This document shows, one piece after another, positions 43,577 through 52,105 of a stretch of DNA of 64,000 nt. Source of the DNA: Terriglobales bacterium. GTDB lineage: Bacteria > Acidobacteriota > Terriglobia > Terriglobales > Acidobacteriaceae. A program made the translations under genes and the position numbers. Numbering within the stretch: position 1 is the stretch's first letter; the number at the start of each line of letters is the position of its first letter. Under the pieces are notes generated by a model, which was given only the letters and a program-made list of their open reading frames with translations, made no database searches and was not told where the DNA came from. The stretch is from contig DATMNN010000098.1 in the NCBI GenBank assembly GCA_035569025.1, forward strand, positions 11,644 to 75,643. Direction: 5' to 3'.

Positions 43577-45142
43577 TTACTCGTGCTCTGTTTTTTCTGC
43601 GTTCTCAGCGTCCTCCGCGGTTACATGTTTTTCGGGTCGCAGGAGCGGAAACAAAATCACGTCGCGAATGGTATGTGAATCGGTCAGAAGCATGATGAGC
43701 CGGTCGATGCCGATTCCGACGCCCCCGGCCGGAGGCATACCGTATGACAACGCCCGGATGTAGTCTTCGTCCATCTGGTGGGCTTCGTCGTCACCGCGTT
43801 CGCGTTCTTTGAGTTGACCTTCAAAACGGCGGCGCTGGTCTTCTGGGTCGTTGAGTTCGCTGAATCCGTTCGCGATTTCCATCTTGCCCGCAAACATTTC
43901 AAAGCGCTCGGTCCAGTCGGGATCGTCGGGTTTCTGTTTCGACAAAGGAGAGATCGCTGTCGGAAATTCGTAGATGATCGTGGGTTGCAAGAGATGTTCT
44001 TCCGCGATGGCTTCGAAGATTCCGGCAATGGTCTTGCCCGCCGGTTCGTTCGCGTCGTAGGCAAGCTTGATTCCGGCCTCGCGCAAGCGAGTGACGAGCG
44101 CCTTCACCGACTCGTGGGTCGCGAAGTCGCTCACGACCGGCTTGGCTCCCGCGTTCTCGGGCCAGAAATTGACGATCGCTTCGCGCATCGTCATGCGCCG
44201 CCAGTTCGTGCTCGCCCAGTCGATCTCGTGCTCGCCCCACTTTGTTTTGGTGCCGCCGGTTACGTCGCGGACAGCCTGCTCGATCGTGCCCTGGGTCGTG
44301 TTCATGATGCCCAGATAATCCGTGTAGGCCTGGTAAGCCTCGAGCATTGTGAACTCGGGATTCCAGCGCCAGCCTAGTCCTTCGTTACGGAAGTTGCGGT
44401 TGATTTCGTAGACGCGATCGAAGCCGCCCACCGTCAGGCGCTTCAGATAAAGCTCCGGCGCGATGCGCAGGAACAAATCCATGTCGAGCGTGTTGTGGTG
44501 CGTCTTGAAGGGACGCGCCACCGCGCCACCGGCGATGGGATGCATCATCGGCGTCTCGACTTCGATGAACCCCTGCGAATCCAGGTGCCGCCGCATCGAT
44601 TGCACCAGCTTGCTCCGCTTCAGAAAAACTTCCCGCACCTCAGGATTCATGACCAGGTCGACATAACGCTGGCGGTAACGCAGCTCGACATCCGTTAGCC
44701 CGTGCCACTTCTCGGGCAACGGCAGAAGGTCTTTCGAGAGAAATGTCAGTTCTTCTGCGTGAATGCTGAGCTCGCCGGTTCGGGTGCGAAACAGATATCC
44801 GCGCACACCGATGTGATCGCCTAGGTCGAGCAGCTTCCAAAGTTCGAAGCCAACGTCACCGATGGCGTCTTTCTTGACGTAGAACTGAAGCCGCTGTCCA
44901 TCCTGCTGCAAATGCGCGAATCCGGCTTTACCCATGAGTCGGATCGCCATGATGCGTCCGGCGACGCGCACATTGACGCGCGTCTTCTCCAGGTCCTCGC
45001 CCGTTTCGCCACTGTAGGAGGCGAGGATCTGCGGGACGGTATGGCTGAAGTTGTACTTCGTGGGATACGCCAGCTGCCCGAGAGCCTCAATCTTCTTCAA
45101 TTTCTCGCGGCGGATTTCGTAGATATTTTCGTCGAGTGACAA
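43577..45142 (-). CDS. lysS: Lysine--tRNA ligase (class II)
   Basis: An OB-fold N-domain plus class II motifs (…YRQRYVDL…FIEVETPMM…FRNEGL…GIGIDRL…). Confidence 0.95.
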   Translation of the reverse strand: MSLDENIYEIRREKLKKIEALGQLAYPTKYNFSHTVPQILASYSGETGEDLEKTRVNVRVAGRIMAIRLMGKAGFAHLQQDGQRLQFYVKKDAIGDVGFELWKLLDLGDHIGVRGYLFRTRTGELSIHAEELTFLSKDLLPLPEKWHGLTDVELRYRQRYVDLVMNPEVREVFLKRSKLVQSMRRHLDSQGFIEVETPMMHPIAGGAVARPFKTHHNTLDMDLFLRIAPELYLKRLTVGGFDRVYEINRNFRNEGLGWRWNPEFTMLEAYQAYTDYLGIMNTTQGTIEQAVRDVTGGTKTKWGEHEIDWASTNWRRMTMREAIVNFWPENAGAKPVVSDFATHESVKALVTRLREAGIKLAYDANEPAGKTIAGIFEAIAEEHLLQPTIIYEFPTAISPLSKQKPDDPDWTERFEMFAGKMEIANGFSELNDPEDQRRRFEGQLKERERGDDEAHQMDEDYIRALSYGMPPAGGVGIGIDRLIMLLTDSHTIRDVILFPLLRPEKHVTAEDAENAEKTEHE

Positions 45143-45314
45143 TGGAATCCTTTGAGATGAGACGTGAATCAGCGATTATAAACAACCGCGAAGAACTGAG
45201 GGCAGGCAGGCAAGAGCGGGCTGAGTTGCAGCAATACCCAAAATATTGATAGGTGGGGTGCGCTACGGATTGTGTGCGAAGGGCATCCAAGAACTAACCG
45301 AAGGGGTGTACTGC

Positions 45315-45671
45315 ATGCGTCTCGCCAGATCGGGACTTCTCTGTGTTCTTGGCTTTGCGGCCATGTGCGTCTTGTGCGGCCCGGAGACTGCGCGTGGCGA
45401 CCTGCGATGGCATTCGCCAAAGAAGGAAGTCGTGCGTCTGCGACTGATTGCCTTGGCTTGGAATTATCCGCGCTCGTCTTTCTTCGGAAATGAGGAGATA
45501 TTCATCGCGGAAAAGGAATTGACCAAGGATGAATCACAACTGGTGAAGCTGGTCTATTACTTCCTTCCCTATCAGCCCCGCCTTTCGGACGAGGGCTTGC
45601 ACTATTTCACAGTGCACGAAGTACAGGCGTTCAAGGACCATGAATGCGAAGAGACCTGGCGCATCTTTTGA
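45315..45671 (+). CDS. Secreted hypothetical protein (118 aa)
   Basis: ATG follows GAAGGGG. Signal peptide MRLARSGLLCVLGFAAMCVLCG is present. No family recognised. Confidence 0.45.
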   Translation: MRLARSGLLCVLGFAAMCVLCGPETARGDLRWHSPKKEVVRLRLIALAWNYPRSSFFGNEEIFIAEKELTKDESQLVKLVYYFLPYQPRLSDEGLHYFTVHEVQAFKDHECEETWRIF

Positions 45672-45870
45672 CAGGGGACGTAGGAGATTGGCGTGGACCA
45701 GCGTCCCAGTTGCAGTACGCGACCGATGCCCCAGTGCTGAATCTGTCCCGGCGGAAGAGTCGGTTGCCCTGCTATGTGACCAGCGCTGACGACTACACGC
45801 GGCCGCTAGATGAGCCTCCAGGCGAACCACTACCCTAGTCGAGTGGTTCCTGAAAACTCTTCGTCGGATA

Positions 45871-45953
45871 CAGGCGGGCTAAAGCCCAAGTCAAAAACGA
45901 CGTTATCGCAGCGGTGAACCGCTGCGCCACCCAAAAGCAGAGTCTTTCAGCAC
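45871..45953. repeat. Mosaic REP-like element (gggctaaagccc hairpin plus agcggtgaaccgctgcgccacccaaaagcagag unit)
   Basis: Both sub-units recur elsewhere (46825, 57777, 40376, 57868). Confidence 0.75.
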
Positions 45954-45990
45954 AACTGCTAGGTTAGCTTTTTTCCAGACATGAAAACGC

Positions 45991-46006
45991 GTGTACCGTG
46001 GTACAC
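45991..46006. promoter_or_regulatory. Palindrome gtgtacc-gt-ggtacac immediately upstream of the ATG at 46014 (putative operator)
   Basis: Perfect 7-bp arms. A third GTACC half-site follows at 46008-46012. Confidence 0.4.
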
Positions 46007-46013
46007 TTGTACC

Positions 46014-46316
46014 ATGGTTGCAGATCCTAAACTATTGGTGGAGCGCGTCCAGACCGGCGTCCGGATGGAAAAGCGCATTCTGAAAGTACTGAAGGGCTTT
46101 GCCGAATATCACGACATGACGCTGGGCGACGTAATGGAAGGCATCGTGCTGCATGCCTTCGACGGGAAGAGTCCCTTCAGCTCGGAGTCATTGCAGCGTA
46201 TTCGCGAGCTGAAGAAATTTTACGGACTCGATCTCGATTCGAATGCCAGCCACCGGCTGACCGAGATCAAGAAGTCACAGGGCGCGAGCAAGGCCACAAG
46301 GGCGAAAGGGAAGTGA
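46014..46316 (+). CDS. Hypothetical protein, RHH-like N-terminal region (100 aa)
   Basis: VQTGVRMEKRILKVLKGFAEYHDMTLGDVMEGIVLHAF fits a strand-helix-helix pattern. The C-terminal tail is basic. Confidence 0.5.
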   Translation: MVADPKLLVERVQTGVRMEKRILKVLKGFAEYHDMTLGDVMEGIVLHAFDGKSPFSSESLQRIRELKKFYGLDLDSNASHRLTEIKKSQGASKATRAKGK

Positions 46317-46319
46317 GCG

Positions 46320-46769
46320 ATGACAACAAGTTCGCAAGGTTTGACGGGCGATGAGTTGATCGAGCGGTTCGAACACGGTCTGACTGCCGCCGATTCGTTT
46401 CACCATGCGGACCATGTGCGGCTGGCCTTCGAGTATCTGAATCGATATCCAGCCCTGGATGCTCTGAAGAAATTTGCGGATGCGTTGCTTCGCTTCGCCA
46501 CTGCACTTGGCAAGCCCGACCGCTATCATGAGACGATTACCTGGGCCTACCTGTTCCTGATCCGCGAGCGCATGAAGCGCGTGACGGAGGCGCAGACCTG
46601 GGAAAAGTTTGCCACTGAGAACCCCGACCTGCTGATCTGGGCGAAGGGAAGCTTCGGCATCCTGGAACGCTACTACCGAACGGACACGCTGGTCTCCCCG
46701 GCGGCGCGGTGTACGTTTCTACTTCCGGACAAGGCCGGAGTTGGTCGTGGAATGGAGAGCGTTCGATAA
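46320..46769 (+). CDS. Hypothetical protein (149 aa)
   Basis: It starts 4 nt after the upstream stop. The composition is helical, with FHHADHVRLAFEYL and YHETITWAYLFLI blocks. No family recognised. Confidence 0.55.
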   Translation: MTTSSQGLTGDELIERFEHGLTAADSFHHADHVRLAFEYLNRYPALDALKKFADALLRFATALGKPDRYHETITWAYLFLIRERMKRVTEAQTWEKFATENPDLLIWAKGSFGILERYYRTDTLVSPAARCTFLLPDKAGVGRGMESVR

Positions 46770-46824
46770 GGGCTGGACTAGAACTGGTTTCATAACTGGT
46801 TTCCAGGGCAAGGAGCCAGGCCCT

Positions 46825-46892
46825 CAGGGGCTGAAGCCCGCGTTTTTATTGGCCGGTAGCGGCACAGTTGAAACCGTGCCCCTTCCCAAAAC
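46825..46892. repeat. Mosaic REP-like element (ggggctgaagccc plus cggcacagttgaaaccgtgcc hairpins)
   Basis: Same architecture as 57777-57845. Confidence 0.75.
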
Positions 46893-46953
46893 CACTGATG
46901 AGACCAGTTCTAGCCCGAAGCTTTGGAGCCCGCGGCTGATTTAGAATCTCCGC

Positions 46954-47202
46954 ATGGCTGATCTGCCGAAGGCCGTCCCGCCGAAGCCTGTCCTGCCGAA
47001 AAGAGACCCGCTCGTTGCGCTCGCTCGTTACTCCGAGATTGGCTTCATTATCCCTGCGGCAATTCTCGTTGGATTTTTTCTGGGCAAGCTTCTGGACTAC
47101 TGGCTGCACACCAAGTGGTTGTACCTGGTGGGGCTGCTCTTCGGCGCAGCAGTCGGTTTCTATCAGATGATTCGCATGGCCGTATCCTCCTCGAAGGAAT
47201 GA
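46954..47202 (+). CDS. AtpZ/AtpI-family small membrane protein (putative F0F1-ATPase accessory subunit)
   Basis: ARYSEIGFIIPAAILVGFFLGKLLDYWL…WLYLVGLLFGAAVGFY. It sits at the head of the atp genes. Confidence 0.7.
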   Translation: MADLPKAVPPKPVLPKRDPLVALARYSEIGFIIPAAILVGFFLGKLLDYWLHTKWLYLVGLLFGAAVGFYQMIRMAVSSSKE

Positions 47203-47228
47203 TTCTCAGAGGATGAATTCCCGAAGGA

Positions 47229-47675
47229 ATGACTAACCCCTCCAACCCAGAAGCGAGCGCCGCAGAAGACCTTGCGACCGTGGACGCGTTCCACGAACGC
47301 GCCATCCCTCGCATGCAGCGCACCATGCTGGTCGTCGGAGTGCTGCTGATCGATCCCGTGTACTGGCGATATGGCTGGGCTGGTGCAATTGGAGTCGCCG
47401 CCGGCGCGGCCGTTTCTTACGTTAATTTCCGCACGCTTGTGCGCGTCGTCGAGGCCCTCGGCGACCGCATCGTCAACCAGCAAAGCAAAGAGCGCGGATG
47501 GGCCATCGTACTGCGGTTTCTGGTTCGTTACGGGTTGGTTGGGATCGCTGCGTATGCTATCTTAAAAGGTTCCGTTTTGGCCTTCCGGGGCTTCCTGTGG
47601 GGCCTGTGCCTGCCCGTAGCAGCCATGATGGCCGAAGCCGGAGTCGAGGCCTGGGTGGCGTTTCGACGGAAGTGA
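47229..47675 (+). CDS. atpI: ATP synthase protein I-like membrane protein
   Basis: Four hydrophobic segments, immediately upstream of atpB. The assignment is mainly positional. Confidence 0.55.
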   Translation: MTNPSNPEASAAEDLATVDAFHERAIPRMQRTMLVVGVLLIDPVYWRYGWAGAIGVAAGAAVSYVNFRTLVRVVEALGDRIVNQQSKERGWAIVLRFLVRYGLVGIAAYAILKGSVLAFRGFLWGLCLPVAAMMAEAGVEAWVAFRRK

Positions 47676-47781
47676 GCTGCGAGCTACGCTCGGAGCAGGT
47701 ACTCTTCGCCGAAATAAGAATTCTTGCAGCTTTAGCTTCAAACTCGAAGGCCATAGCTCGAAGTTGGCAACGCACTACGAT

Positions 47782-48540
47782 ATGGAACAACTGGTATTCA
47801 CTGAATTTCTGAACCACCACTTCGGCGGTGCCGTGCTGGCCTTGATGCACGCGCTTGGTATTCCGGTGGAACATCCGGCGGCGCCAATTTCGAACGCGTT
47901 CGCGATGGAGTTTCTGGTCGTCCTGTTGTTGACCGTTTTCTTCGTGCTCGTACGGCTGCGGTTGTCGGTGGAAAAGCCCGGCAGTCTTCAGCACACGATG
48001 GAAGCGATTTACGGCTTCGTCAACAATCTTGCCCACGAATCCATCGGTCAACATGCGGACCCATTCGTAGCGTACTTGACGACGCTCGGAATGTTTATTC
48101 TGTCCTGCAATCTGATCGGGCTAGTGCCCGGATTGGAAACGCCGACGGGAATACCGGTCGTTCCGCTCGGATGCGCGCTGCTGACCTGGATTTACTACAA
48201 CTTCTACGGCATACGGACCAACGGGTTGATCGGATACCTGAAGCACTTCATCGGACCGCAAGACAAGGACATGCCCCTGGTTGTGCGGATTATATTGCCC
48301 GAGCTCATGTTTCCGATTGAAGTATTCAGTCATCTGGCGCGCATCATGTCCCTGACGATTCGTTTGTACGCCAACATGTTCGCCGGCGAAATGGTGACGC
48401 TCGTCTTTTTCTCGCTGATCCCGTTTGGTATTCCGGTGGTATTCGAGGGATTGCACATCTTTGTTTCCTTGATTCAGACGTACATTTTTGTGTTGCTCGC
48501 TTGTGTGTACCTGGGTGAGGCGACAGCGCACGAACACTAG
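47782..48540 (+). CDS. atpB: F0F1 ATP synthase subunit a
   Basis: LTIRLYANMFAGEM (essential Arg block) and the C-terminal QTYIFVLLACVYLGEA. The TTG at 47764 is also a possible start. Confidence 0.9.
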   Translation: MEQLVFTEFLNHHFGGAVLALMHALGIPVEHPAAPISNAFAMEFLVVLLLTVFFVLVRLRLSVEKPGSLQHTMEAIYGFVNNLAHESIGQHADPFVAYLTTLGMFILSCNLIGLVPGLETPTGIPVVPLGCALLTWIYYNFYGIRTNGLIGYLKHFIGPQDKDMPLVVRIILPELMFPIEVFSHLARIMSLTIRLYANMFAGEMVTLVFFSLIPFGIPVVFEGLHIFVSLIQTYIFVLLACVYLGEATAHEH

Positions 48541-48544
48541 AAGG

Positions 48545-48629
48545 GAGTTCTCAGTTCCCGGTTCTCAGTTCTCAGTAAAGGAACACGATACTGGGAACCG
48601 AGAACCGAGAACTGAGAACTGAGAACTGG
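48545..48629. repeat. Inverted arrays of the heptamer GTTCTCA / TGAGAAC (4 forward, 5 reverse units) forming a long imperfect hairpin
   Basis: gttctca gttcccg gttctca gttctca, then a 15-nt loop, then gggaacc gagaacc gagaact gagaact gagaact. It begins 5 nt after the atpB stop. Confidence 0.75.
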
Positions 48630-48715
48630 TTTCCTGCCTTCAGCGTGAGGGCGCCGGCCTCCCAAGGCACGGCGTCAACCACCCACTGGCGGCAAATTCA
48701 TAAGGAGAAACACAA

Positions 48716-49027
48716 ATGCGGAAGATGTTGATGGTGTTGTTTGTGATGATGCTGCTTTCAGTCCTCGCGGTGCCTGCGTTCGCGCAGACCAGCGGCGCTG
48801 CGGCTGGCGGTACGAACTGGGTTGCGATCACAGCAGGTTTTGCGATCGCCATTGCGGCTGGTCTTGCGGCACAAGGCCAGGGCAAAGTGGGCGCGGCGGC
48901 TTGCGAAGCGATGGCTCGCAATCCTGCAGCGCGCTCGTTCATTCAGCTGGCGCTGATTCTGGGGCTGGCGTTTATCGAGTCGTTGGTGCTGTTCACGCTC
49001 GTGATTATCTTCGTCAAGGTTGTGTAG
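48716..49027 (+). CDS. atpE: F0F1 ATP synthase subunit c with a signal-peptide-like N-terminal extension
   Basis: The core is AIAAGLAAQGQGKVGAAACEAMARNP…LGLAFIESLVLFTLVI (carboxylate Glu). It is preceded by MRKMLMVLFVMMLLSVLAVPAFAQ. Confidence 0.9.
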   Translation: MRKMLMVLFVMMLLSVLAVPAFAQTSGAAAGGTNWVAITAGFAIAIAAGLAAQGQGKVGAAACEAMARNPAARSFIQLALILGLAFIESLVLFTLVIIFVKVV

Positions 49028-49046
49028 AAGCTTTCGTGCGAAAGAA

Positions 49047-49072
49047 AAGCCTCCGCATCGCGGAGGCTTTTT
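49047..49072 (+). terminator. Rho-independent terminator after atpE
   Basis: aagcctccgc-atc-gcggaggctt followed by a T-run. Confidence 0.75.
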
Positions 49073-49142
49073 GTGTTGATTGCGGGTTCGCCCCCGATGA
49101 GGCCATGCAGTCGGAACGTTCGACGCGGTAGTCAAAGGCTTT

Positions 49143-49177
49143 TACCACGGGGGACACCGAGGAGCACGGAGGAAATC
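49143..49177. repeat. Short repeat family (taccacgggggacaccgaggagcacggaggaaatc)
   Basis: Related to 10936 and 37731. Confidence 0.4.
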
Positions 49178-49213
49178 GACTTGATACAAACGTCGATCTG
49201 TGTGACCACTAAG

Positions 49214-51772
49214 CTAGGTCTTGCGTTCGCCGTCCCAGGTGGACGCGCGATTTTCCGGCGCCTTCTCCGACGCTTCGGCCAGGATACGGCGTAGCCGGTA
49301 GCGGCTATCCAGATCCATGCTGACGAATTCGAATCCGATTTCATTGACGCGGGCGCGCCGGAGCAAGACCTGTCCGCGGATTTTCTTTACGCCCACCGAG
49401 ATTTCGACGTTTGCTTCGGACCCTACGCGAAGGTTGTCGTTGCGAGTGCCCATGCCGCCACCCAGGCTCATTTCACGCATGACCACATTGGATTTCCCCC
49501 ACGAACTGCTGAGCTGTGCGGAGAATGTCTTCGGCAGGATCACGCGTTCGTAGCGCCGTTGCCGCACCCATGGGCACGCCGGTGCCGGATCCAGGGGACT
49601 GATGCCAAGTTCCGCCGCTTCCAGTCCGCTCTCGGACATCACCTGGGCGCCATAGCGTGGATCGATCTTCGAGAGCGCCTGTGCCGCAGCCACGCGCAAT
49701 TCGCGGTGTTGCGTGCGTCCCCAGATTTTCTTTTCTTCCACGATGCTGCGAAGCACGGGAACGGCTTCCACTTCGCGCAGGCGGCCCAGTGATTCGACTG
49801 CCTTAAGCTGTACAAACGGAGGCCGTGAGGCAGCCTCACCGGCGCTGGCCATCGCGATCAGGCTGGAACTCGCTGTCCGGTCCAGGCTCATTCCGATTTC
49901 ATCGATCGCCTCGGGCAGAATGAGCGGATCGAGCAACTCCAAGAGTTCCAGCAACGTGCGCCCACGATCCGAGGCGGCGCCGTATGCAATCTGGCGCACG
50001 ATTACGTCCTGGTAAAAGCGGTTGAATTCCGGCATGCGCGAAGGCAGCAACTCAAGCAAGGTGGCAACGCTCAGGCGGCTCAACAGGCCTACGCATGAGG
50101 CTGCTTGCCGGGGCTGCCCGGTGCGGAGAATTTCGCGCAGGTCGTCCAGTGCCGGCTGGCCCAATTCGTCGACCAGTTCCATAATCCGGTCGCATTCCAC
50201 CCGTTTCTGCGAACGAAAGAAGCGGTCGGAAAGATGTTCTACCGAGCTTTTCGGAATCTGCTGCAGAACGTTGATCAGTTCCTCGGAGACGGTCGGCGCA
50301 TTGATCGCCTCCTCGAGCATCTCCGGCAGCCGGTTTTCGATGCCGACGCGCGAACGCAAATCCTGCACCAGCAGCGGACGTTCCTTCCCAATATCCGTCA
50401 GCGACAAGCAGACTTCCGCAATCGCCTTGTATTTTTTGCGCGTGCAGGCTTCCTGCCCGAAGCGCGTGAAAGCCGCGCTCAGCAGGCTCTGTACTTCGCT
50501 GTCGGTTTCCTTGGCCAGTTTTTCGCCGATCATCGCCACGGCGTTCGGCATCACTTCTTCTGAAGCGGTCGCGTAGAGATCCGCAATCTGGGCCAGACCG
50601 ATGGACGTCTTCCGCCGTGGCTCCAGCTCTTTCGCATCCAGGCAACTGCAATAGTTGGTGAGAATCTTGGCGGCGATTTCCTGATCGTCGCGCTCGAGCA
50701 GCATCTCGACAAACTGCCGGATATTGCGCGGAGGCACGCAGGCCGCTTCGCTGGAAAGCAGTACGCTCTTCTTACCCGCTTCCGGCACTTCCGCCCAGAA
50801 CATTCGGTCGAGAATGTCGGCGTGCGAATCGACCAGGATGCCAGCCTTCGACATCTTGTCTTCCTGCACGCGCAGAATCTGGCGCAGCGTGTCCATCTGA
50901 CGGCTCATGTGCTCCATCATCTGGTGCACAGCATTTACTTTGACTTCGCCCTTTGAATAGCGGTCGAGCGCGAAGCGAATCGCCATATGCTCCGCCGCCT
51001 TCATGAGCAGGGGAGTGTCGCTCTCTTCAGCCGCGGTTGTAACCTGTTTCGACAAGCTCTCAAGCAGCGACGCGAGATTTAGTTTCGCCCCTTCCGGCGC
51101 CTTGGCCAGTTCTGCAGTCAAAGCCTCCGGGCTGGCGTTGGGATCCTGCGCGGCCTGACCGAAATGCGTCAGCATGCGGATCGCCTGAATCACTTCCTCT
51201 TCCTGCAGCGGCACCGTTCCACCGGTCCAGGTGCCAGTGCCCGTGCCGGCTCCGGCTCCGCCGCCGTGCGCGACCGGAATATTCGGAACCGTGCCCAGAG
51301 GCGCTCCGCCCGGTTCCCCGGAACCACCCGAGCTTGCTCCCTGCGCCGCAGCGATCAACTGCAACATTTTCTGCGGGTCGTTCAACCACTGTTTGAATTC
51401 CGGGCCGAGCGATTGTGCCGCCAACTGTGCCGCCACGGAAATTTCTCCGGTCGTCGGATCAGCCGCGACAAACTTTACTTCGTTAATTTTGATGGAGGAG
51501 TTCTTGTTATCGCCCAGCGTTTCTTTAAGCTGCCGGGCGAAGTCCTGCGCCTTCGATCCGCCCATCGCGAAAGCGGTGACCAGGCGGGTAAAGTCCTCGA
51601 GGGTAACCTTGCTGGAAAAATGAATGCTGGCCAGACCGGCCGCCGTCAGCAACTGAGCGAAGCTTCGTTCGGCCTGCCCTGCCTCAAGAGGGGTGCCGTC
51701 AAGCAGGAGCTTGTTGTCGGCTACGCCGAGCAGGAATCCGCCATCGCCATTTTTGGGCAGGCCTTCCCGCAA
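49214..51772 (-). CDS. Large HEAT/armadillo-like repeat protein with a C-terminal PilZ (c-di-GMP-binding) domain; true start probably upstream of 51772
   Basis: The C-terminus has RQRRYERV (RxxxR) and EMSLGG (D/NxSxxG-like) about 30 residues apart. The central helical repeats end in …AVESLGRLREVEAVPVLRSIVEE… (HEAT-like). The frame is open up to 51949. Confidence 0.8.
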   Translation of the reverse strand: MREGLPKNGDGGFLLGVADNKLLLDGTPLEAGQAERSFAQLLTAAGLASIHFSSKVTLEDFTRLVTAFAMGGSKAQDFARQLKETLGDNKNSSIKINEVKFVAADPTTGEISVAAQLAAQSLGPEFKQWLNDPQKMLQLIAAAQGASSGGSGEPGGAPLGTVPNIPVAHGGGAGAGTGTGTWTGGTVPLQEEEVIQAIRMLTHFGQAAQDPNASPEALTAELAKAPEGAKLNLASLLESLSKQVTTAAEESDTPLLMKAAEHMAIRFALDRYSKGEVKVNAVHQMMEHMSRQMDTLRQILRVQEDKMSKAGILVDSHADILDRMFWAEVPEAGKKSVLLSSEAACVPPRNIRQFVEMLLERDDQEIAAKILTNYCSCLDAKELEPRRKTSIGLAQIADLYATASEEVMPNAVAMIGEKLAKETDSEVQSLLSAAFTRFGQEACTRKKYKAIAEVCLSLTDIGKERPLLVQDLRSRVGIENRLPEMLEEAINAPTVSEELINVLQQIPKSSVEHLSDRFFRSQKRVECDRIMELVDELGQPALDDLREILRTGQPRQAASCVGLLSRLSVATLLELLPSRMPEFNRFYQDVIVRQIAYGAASDRGRTLLELLELLDPLILPEAIDEIGMSLDRTASSSLIAMASAGEAASRPPFVQLKAVESLGRLREVEAVPVLRSIVEEKKIWGRTQHRELRVAAAQALSKIDPRYGAQVMSESGLEAAELGISPLDPAPACPWVRQRRYERVILPKTFSAQLSSSWGKSNVVMREMSLGGGMGTRNDNLRVGSEANVEISVGVKKIRGQVLLRRARVNEIGFEFVSMDLDSRYRLRRILAEASEKAPENRASTWDGERKT

Positions 51773-52105
51773 TTCTTTCCACGTGATGTCGAACTGGCCT
51801 TCGGTACGCTTGTGCTTTACTCCGTACAGGCGAATGTATTTAACGAGAATGTTCAGGCTGTGGATAAACGCCCGCGCAGACGCATTGCGGATAGCATCGG
51901 TTTGAGCTGCGGTGGAGATGACTCCTCCTCGGACGTGTAGCCTTCGGACTTAAGCCTATGATGGAAAGTGACCTATTGCACGATTACGGAGGTAATTGAC
52001 CGCCGGGATCGGATCTTCGTGAGCCCCTTGCCATCTACGCCGGCAACTGGACCGACGCGCCTCCGGACGCGCTACACTGGTTCGGGCGCCTCCGCCAGCG
52101 TAACG

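Noticed and set aside
48545-48629. Possible CRISPR array
   Set aside because: The repeat unit is only 7 nt, the units are contiguous with no spacers, and no cas genes are present. It is a tandem/inverted microsatellite hairpin.
51950-52105. Possible Moco riboswitch in the moaD-moaE leader
   Set aside because: Two GCGCCTCCG boxes are visible at about 52060-52095. I cannot reconstruct the Moco RNA motif fold by eye, and this region must also hold two divergent promoters. It needs cmscan with RF01055.
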